From contig JAYWIR010000009.1 of assembly GCA_036172245.1 (NCBI GenBank), forward strand, positions 4,154,001-4,218,000: a stretch of 64,000 bases of DNA, read 5' to 3'. Under the pieces are notes generated by a model, which saw only the letters and a program-made list of their open reading frames with translations, made no database searches and had not been told where the DNA came from. Positions 55,101-64,000 of this stretch are shown here, piece by piece; the stretch's first letter is position 1; every line of letters starts with the position of its first letter. The position numbers and the translations under genes were made by a program. This stretch comes from Raillietiella orientalis. Taxonomy: Eukaryota.

Positions 55101-58100
55101 TTCCCCATACATGAACTAAAATGTTGATAAAAACATAAGCATATTCATTATTATCCACACAATTCCAATTTAAAACCTGAATCAAGGTTCCATCACTGTC
55201 CCTCACAGTCATATCGTAGTTTAGCATTATACCTTCCAAGTGTTTCACCAAGCATCTTTGCAAATAACCACTTCTACTAGTTTTTATTGCAGTGTCAATT
55301 AATCCCTGAAAGATGGATTCATAACGTGCACCTTTTTAACAGTTCATTACCTCCCTTCCAGCCATGCAGTGAAAGAAAAATTCTTGAGGAGAAACTCCAG
55401 TAAGAAATCGATTAAAAATAAATCCTCCCGATCTGGGTGATGTGTCAAATGATTGAAATGATGGCAAGAATTTTCCCGATTTCATCATTGGTGGACGCTT
55501 ACCCTCCAATTCGATTTGACCCAACAAACATGACATCTGCATAGCATTAACTGAAGATCCTTTAGCTCCTGATAAAATCATTAATTGAAGATTGTTTTCA
55601 GGAAATTTTCTAAATAAACCAGATATGGCACAGGTACTGAATACTATTAGTAGATATTAAATGCTAAAGAAATCATGATGCCCAACTCACCTATTAATAT
55701 GATTAACGTATTTGGAACATTCTAATTTCAAGTAACGATCTAAATTATTAATCAAACGATTGTCTTTATTTAAATATGCTTCATGGTATTTATCCTTGAG
55801 GATTGCAGAATCTATTTTCCCTTCAAGATTAAAAACTTTTAGGGCTACTTTGTTTCCTATCTGTTTCAGCAAAAATTTCAATATCAGTGCATGTTTGACA
55901 CTTAATATTTTGTGTTTACCTTCGCAATTTCTTTTCGTGATTTGGTTCTTCTTTTTTCTGCTTTGCTTTCGAGTAAAATATCTGCAATACCAAGAGTGAA
56001 ACCAACTAACTGAAGATATATCGTAAGCACACGTGAAAACGAAGTAAGTAATTCAATGGCATGTTGGGGACCATACAATTCGTAAAAGCAATGAATTAAT
56101 CCATATGTTGTAGCACCCAGATGTGCTTTATCAAAAACACCACACATTAGTTCGCCACCTCGAATAATGATTTTGCTTTCACTCATATGCTGGAGATAAT
56201 TCACTTCAGTTTCTGCTTTAATCCATGGCCACTTTGTTTGCCAATCCTAACTTCTCGAATTAGAAGGCAACCACAAAGCAATTTACACACCTTGTCTACA
56301 ATCTTAGCTTTACTTGTTAACGTTATAGGCTTTTTATTTTTTGGAGTGCAATTCAGTAGTATAGTTGACACAACTTGCTTTCCTGACCACATGTTTTGTG
56401 GAACTACAATAGCTGGTGGCAATAATTTTATGGGCCTTGACTGAAATGCCAAACCTGAATACACCAATTGCATATAATCTTCTCTAAAAATATAATGAAT
56501 TAGTGACAAATTCTTAAACTTCCAACATTCACATTTGGAAAAACAAGCACAACAGTACTTTATTCAATCATCCTTAACATACACAACTGAGAAAAATGAA
56601 TACAAAATAAATACAGATGACTTTTTTTCAAATAAAAACATTCAATTCTATACTCATTACTTGAAAATATTTAACCATCAAACTCCAAGCAAAGAAAGTC
56701 ATAATCAAAATAAAATTGCAAAGCAAAACAGAAAAACCGCATTAGGCATTCAGAAAACTGCTTCAAAACAATGATGTTTTATTTGACATTAAAACAGCAA
56801 ACATTAACAAAAAGCAAACATCGCTTTTGTTGCAGATTATGGAAAACACATGCACAAACACAACTTCTAATTATTACTTTACTTGAAAAGGGCAAAGACA
56901 TCGGAAAAAAACTCAACAAAAATAACAATTACAATTTGAGTCTGTGATATGGTTCCATCTATTTAAAATAAAAATCGTAAGCTTAACAGATATGCACATA
57001 TTACAGAAACAGATTAATCAGAAGTAAAATAAAATAAATGTGACACGAAAAACTAGTAATATAGTATACACTTCAGGAAGTCAAATACCTACAACATTTG
57101 TTCATTGGCAAGAAACTTCTCAAACAATCAACATTAGTGCTAAATAAATAATTTGTATTTTATCAAAAATAATCTGAGCTCTTAAGCCTTATTTATTAAA
57201 CGAATACTTTTAAACTAGGAATTGATAGAGGCCTATTAAAAATGTTTTCCAAAAAAACTCCCCCAGTATTTGAAAACAAAGATCAAGTTTTTTTTAAATA
57301 TAAACAAAAGTACTGTCAGTGAGGTAGCCAAATTGAACTAGCACACATAAAAATCAATAGCTAATACAACACAACAACAAAAATAAAAAAACTTCTAGAA
57401 TTTTGAACCTGAAGTTACAAACTGCCTCAGTGAAATCCAGAATACTTATGAATTTTTGATATAACATTCTTAAAGTGAACTCAAATGAGCTACTTCAAAT
57501 GCAGAGTTACAATGACTGGCTTACATGACAATATATATATACTCATGTTTATGCTGACACCATACTCAGTAAGAAATTTCTCAAATTCAATCATACAAAC
57601 CTGCTAAAAAAAGTTCCTCTTATTGTAAGTTTTACGGATGCTATTATGTGATCCTGAATGAGTCCATGTAAAGGAGTACCATCTTTAGGAACCAAATAGT
57701 GCTTACCAACATTAACTACATCAAAATTATGAAACACTGCAACACATCAGCTTACCTATTTCTTGTGCTTCACTTCTTGCAATTTCATTCTGGGGAAAAT
57801 GTGCGTTCATCTCATCTCCATCGAAATCAGCATTGTAGGCTTTGCAGTTGGCATAATGCAAACGAAAGGTCTGATTTTGTGGCAAGATTCTAACTTTATG
57901 TGCCATAATGCTTGGTCGATGCAGTGTAGGTTGACGATTTATCAAGAGCACATCTCCTGATACAAGATGACGATGAACCTTGTTTGCATGATGTGAAAAA
58001 ATATTATTAATTCAAGAACTCCACTGACCACTTTGGTCTTTGCATGCTTCAAATTCAATTCTGTTGGAGTCAAAATTTGTTTGGCAATGGTTTTGCGCTG

Positions 58101-61100
58101 TGCAGAATTCTTAGCTGATAATAAAGTGAAACGCCCATTTTCATGTTCCACTAAACAAGCTCTGAAAAATACCTTCAAAATATTTGCAAATCAAAAATTA
58201 CCCAGGGTGATTATCTGGACCATTTATTATGGCTTGTTGTAGTGCCTTCACATTCCATGATGTCACAGGTGTTGGGTATGTCAACACTTTTGCAAACATT
58301 TCCGGGATTCCAATTTCATTGACTCCAATCATGGGATCTGGCGCTATTACTGAACGTGCAGCAAAATTAACTCTCTTTCCCATCATATATCTACGAAATA
58401 AGCCTTCTTTTTTCTCTAAAATCTGTAAAGATCAAGGGTTTAAATCAAATTAATCAAGTTCAATATAAACCAAGGTGGAAAAAATGCTCAGAAAAATACG
58501 AAAAAATGTTTTCAACGAAAACATTCATGATAAACATCAATTCACAAAAACACTCATTAATCAAGGTGCCAAACAAGCTCAATAAAAAACACTCAACCAA
58601 AATGTTAACAACTTTTGTGCTAATTTTGCCTATTTTTGTTTATACGTAAGTCAGCTTTGAATCTCAATGCAAAAACAAAATTTGCATCTAATATAGACAA
58701 TTTTTTATACGACTTTTTATCATATATACCTGAACCAAATGATCAAAAAAATTACACCTAGACACCTTTTAAGGGAAACAAATTCAGAAGTTTCTAAGCA
58801 CTCAGTGTCTACCAAGCAACTCTAAAAATTAACTGGATATGGCTGGAAAAACGAAAGGATTGGTAAATAATAAGCAAAGGATCACATATTTTGAGTGACA
58901 ACCAATAAAACCCTACTTAGCTTCACTGCTGCATCTCCTAACATGTTTTATTTACTCTGTTGAATCTTTTCTTATTGATAAAGTATGCACTCAAGGAAGA
59001 AAAGCACATGCTTTATCTATAACTTAAATCTAATGGATAGAATTACAATGAAATTTAAAAATTCTATTGTGCACAAATGTCTTGGCAAATATTGGATGTC
59101 CAATACATTATTTAAAAATATTCTGCTTTTCTTTAAACAAATATGTTAATAAAATGGCAGTGAATGTCTTACTCCCATGTAAAGATGACCAACAAATGTT
59201 GTCCAGTATGGATGTAAACGTAAAAAATTCAGTGTTATTACTGCAACAAGAATAAAGTCATTGATAGCCATCAATTTTTAATTTAACACTCGATTGAGAA
59301 GCCTCTCATAGATCCTGCAAGAAAATCTGATATTTACAAGAATGTTGCAGCAGTTCCTCACTTCATAAGCATTCGAATTTATTTCAGAACTAAGAACACT
59401 GAGGTGGAACTTTCAGTAAAAAATGCCTTTCTTGCAAAATATATTCAGAGTTTCAGACTATCCAAAATTTATCAAACTTGCTAATCAGAATCCACGACTC
59501 CTTGAATTAATATCCAAGTTTCTGAAGAGTTCTGTCTTACATCAGTCATCTCCATTTCAACCTTACTAATCAGCGGATTTGGTCCAGAACACTCATTACC
59601 TTGGCAAATTAGCCAAAAGGTTTCCACATCACTTGTAAGTAGTACTTGTCTTGTAATTAGTATCACCATTCACACTGTGAACATGAAGATACGCCCAATA
59701 ATGACTGCCTTGGACCTGACTATACACCAACATGGTAAATGCTAGAATTTTCTCCTTAATTTTTTTTGGCAAAAAAACAAACTATTAATAAAACTATCAA
59801 ACTAATTCACGAATCCTAACTTTGCATCTTACCAGATTCTGTCTGTTTTCCTTAATCTTTCAAAGATTTGATGATTGTACTTAAATATTAAACAGTATGC
59901 TAGAATTGGAAAACATTTCCTCTAAAAAAACTGAAGCAACTTCAACCTTCTACCAAATCCTTTTCATCCATGTAATTTCTGCTATTATTGAGTACTTTCT
60001 CCCTTTATAGTTTTAAATGCTTATATTGAAAGTATAAAGCATACATATACCAAGAAATTAATTTTCCTGATAAAATTATGCTATATTCTTCTCTGGCATG
60101 AAAATAAAAAAGCAATATGCAGACCGTCGAGACATCGCAAAAGTAAACAAAACAGTATGCAATATTAATTCATAACAATGTTAATGCTTCAAGACATGCA
60201 ACTAATTGAAGAGGTAAGATGTTTTGAGAGTGAAACAAACCTGTTTTAAACCAAGTGTTCTATTACTATCATCTTTGCCACTTTTAACAAAAGAGGAATC
60301 AAGTAATACATGTACATGTTCTTGAAGGTGATGGTAGATATTTTCTACTGATATTTCACGATTTTCCTTTTTCAAAACATCTAATTTCTGTGAAAACAAC
60401 ATTTTTTGAAATATTCCAGGAGGACATACCTTTTCTTCTGGAGAGATGTTATTCTGAGCAGAAAGTGTATTGTTGCTTGCTAATTTCAGATTGAAGCAAT
60501 CTTTTAATACGTTATTTAGACTCGCACTTATGGGATGCAGGGAAATAATTCCTTGTAATTCAGAAAGCTGACAATAAAATTAATATCTTGAGTCTCTTGG
60601 CACGGAAGTTCAACCTACTGGTCTTATTTTCGGAGGGCATACAGGTACAAACTCCACAAAGAAAGCATCTGTTGGAAATTCTCTATCATTTTCCAAAATG
60701 GTAAACATGCGAACTAAAATTTTATGTTCGTTTTTCCAAAGCTTTCTGAATGCTTTTCTGGAATATTAGATATATTAATTATATAAGTTATTTTATTACC
60801 ACTAGCATTTACAATCAAACTAAATGTGCCATTTGAAACTCTACCAAAAAGTTCTCACCTAATTATTTCCGCTGTGAAATGAATTTGCTTAACCGTTTTT
60901 CCAGTGCTTGCTACATTTGACCTGGATTCATTCAATATAGACTCTCCAGATTCAAGTCCCCTATCAATGCAAAAACAATTCAATTCCATATATTCCATAC
61001 AAAGAGACTAATTCTCAAAGTGATTTAAAATATGCCAAGAAATGAGAGCAGCTTTATATTTCAAATCCTTAAAATTAGTTAAAACACACATATACAACTA

Positions 61101-63470
61101 ATGTACAAGCACACAAATTTCATCCCAGTGAACTCAGATAACCTCCAAACCTGGTAATTCCAAACAACCATCATTATTTCAACTTAGTGAGAAGGAACTC
61201 TGTTTTTAAATACTTGGTTACAAACATTACTCTTTTTGGCATAGGGAATTACATTTTAAAACCTTCTGTCATATCTTTAAAATGAGTATAATATTTCTAT
61301 GAATTTGAAAGAAAAGACAATTGACTTTATTACACTAATTTCAGGAATTTATTAAAATCTACAAAATCTAAATATGGAAAAGCTCACTGATATTTCTAAC
61401 AATTTACGTTTTATTCATTTTCCAGATTATTGATGACTCAAATGCACAACTAAGGGAAGCAAGAAGAGATTATTTTTGTCATTATGACGTACATTGGAAC
61501 TTCAAAGATTGATCTATGAAAGTTGATATTTGAAGATAAGTCTAAGATTTTTGATTGATAATTTTTTAAAAAAATACATGAACGTATGAATATGATTAGA
61601 ACTTCGGCACTACTGATTATCATTATTCAGAGATTTATTGTAATGCACCTCAGTTTTTCACTCTTTTATTCTTTCAATCTTGTACGTGGTGAAAACTTCT
61701 TTTGTTACAACAATGTACCTTGTTTAATCCATCATATGGCATTCAAAATTCCACTAATAGGCATACCAAAAAAAAATTATGAATTATATTAGGCTGTGGA
61801 TAATAAAAAACTTTTGATTAATTTTTGTCTTGAAAATCCTGTTTTGTTGTTTTCAGGAACATAAAAAAACAGTAACATTCAGAAAAAATAGCACTTTCAT
61901 TCTCCCATCTTAATATACCTATAACCCTCTTCTTTCTGCAAAATAATCATTTATTCAAGTCTCCTGCATTGTCTTGAAATTTTTTTAAATGGAGCCTAAA
62001 AATCGAAAATGAAAGCAACCCAATTACAAATTCGTATAGCTTACAAATGCAGCCAGCTTCTAAAGCACTGACAATTTTCCTTTTAACAGTTTTCCAAAAC
62101 TAAAACATCATTTGCTTAGGACAACCTACTTAAGATTAATATCATTCGTGAATCCAATGCACTTACAAAAAAAAAAGATCCTTGCCTTTCTACTAATTTT
62201 TAATAGAGGAGACCACCTAAAATGAGATAACACTCTGGTGTTCACATCTGCCTCATGGATTGCCACTGTGCAAAATGACATGATAAATGTTATTTCTTAA
62301 TCATGCATGTGATAATCACAAGAATGAGAAAAGAATGATGCAACTTTAATACCTGTGTAATTACCATATCAAAAATATGTCATGTCAAATATTGAAAATA
62401 CGAGAAAATATAAGTGAATGAACAATAAATGGAATCATTTACTTTCATTGTTCATGTGTGACAATTCACTAAACAAATACCACATATGAATGTGAAGCTG
62501 GTCTTTAAATAAAACAGGAGATCAAACCTATTCTCCTGTACATATTTAAAGAACCAAAAACTAAAATGGAAGCTTTATTAGGTAAATTTTTTCCTATGAA
62601 TTCGAAATTTTTTTCATAATTTCAAGCTGCCTCTTTAAAGACAAAAAATTGGGAGAGAAGGGGGGGGAACTTCTCAAATATTTCCATTCAGAAAGTAGAT
62701 TACGTTATTATACTAATGATAAAATGCAATTTATCTCATTTTTATGCAAATTAAAAACAATTACCTATCATTATCTAAAATATAATGTACAATTATTTTC
62801 GAATTAACTATTGCAATTTTTTTCACACACTGTTGTTCACAGTGCACACATCTTCTACATTGACTACAGGATTTGAGAAACTCTCTTCCAAGATTTTTAA
62901 TGTATAAGCCTTCTGATTTTCCAGACATCCAATTTACTTGTTTTCTACCTGATCCGTATGCATAATTAAAATTCTTGTGTATGATTATAAACCTACCATT
63001 AGTACTTTTGTTTATATATTTTTTCAAATAATTATGAAGTGCTGACAATGTCTCAAAAGAAAGTTGTTTCGAATTAAACTTTGGAAACTGGAAATGGGCT
63101 GTTTCACCTTCAGTAGATTCCAGCTCCAAAGGTGTCTCTTGGTGGACAATTTGCTTTATGATTCCTGGAATTTCTTCACTTTCTTTTATACATCCACTTT
63201 TTAGCAGTTTTATTTGTGCTAGAAATTGCAATTTCGAATAATCTAGAAATTAAGAAAAAGTATAAAGGATGCCAAATAAATTGACAAAAATACCTGATGC
63301 TTTTAATGAAAAGCATGATAAACAAGTTGCTTCCAAAATCTGAATAACAGAATGACGAAAAAGTGGATTTATAGTAGGTAAGGGTAACTCTATCAATCCA
63401 AAATGTCCTGTGCAATTTAAATCCGTCTGCTTACAAGTTTCACATATACCATATTTATAGCTGCTGGGAC
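52150..63470 (-). CDS. POLR1A: DNA-directed RNA polymerase I largest subunit RPA1 (5' exon outside the window)
   Basis: Zinc site [52 protein letters not shown], catalytic [10 protein letters not shown] (57805-57834), [35 protein letters not shown], and [12 protein letters not shown]...[13 protein letters not shown]. The Pol I-type C-terminus SPLQQMSFE...[10 protein letters not shown]...GTGCFDL has no CTD. Stop at 52150-52152. Confidence 0.96.
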
Positions 63471-64000
63471 CTTTACAAATTACAATATTGAAATCAAATT
63501 TGAGTGGCCATAAATAAGTCACATTTAATGGACAAACAAGTAAAGAAAATTGTCAACAAAATGCATCTCAATGTTTAGAAGTAAAAGAATGAATAAAGGT
63601 ATTCGTGCACGGAAAACTATGGCATTCTCAAATTTCTCAACTTGCACCTATTTTGTGCATCACTTATTGTATGTAAATTCAAATTCGTATGTTTGAAAAA
63701 GATAAAAAAAACATCCAGAAATCACACCACTAGGCTTACATGACAATTATGATAGTAACTTATGTCATATTGCTTTTATCAATGTTCACAAGACTGATAA
63801 AAACATAACTTCCATGTGAATATTTTTACATTGAAAATATCAAAATTACTGTAGATCCTCAGAAAAAATATCTAAATGTTGACTCCAATGTGAATCATTT
63901 TTTCACTGATTTTGGGAATCTTTAGAAATTTTACTAATTCAAATTCACTCAAGAATGCTCCCAAAACAAACTCCATAAACTAAACATATTTTAAATGTCA

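Overview
Eukaryotic, AT-rich, intron-containing animal DNA, most likely an arthropod judging from the ELAV and upSET sequences. No prokaryotic systems, CRISPR arrays, tRNAs or rRNAs were seen. Seven spliced genes were reconstructed by hand: PMPCB (-), TSR1 (+), GEN1 (-), MANBAL-like (-), upSET/KMT2E-SETD5 (+), an ELAV/Hu three-RRM gene (-) and a 5'-truncated POLR1A (-). The housekeeping genes are compact and CpG-poor, with many 40-55 nt introns, frequent AAG acceptors and one GC-AG intron. ELAV instead spans about 19 kb of CpG-rich, U-run-rich introns. The main observations are: (1) TSR1 and GEN1 converge with stop codons 4 nt apart and interlocking poly(A) signals; (2) a probable decayed bHLH-PAS gene at ~3.1-4.5 kb is missed by the ORF track; (3) ELAV has an alternative hinge donor, a candidate 15-nt microexon and a candidate poison exon; (4) TSR1 is unusually divergent. 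All exon models are manual and lack RNA support. Family comparisons are from memory, not from database searches.
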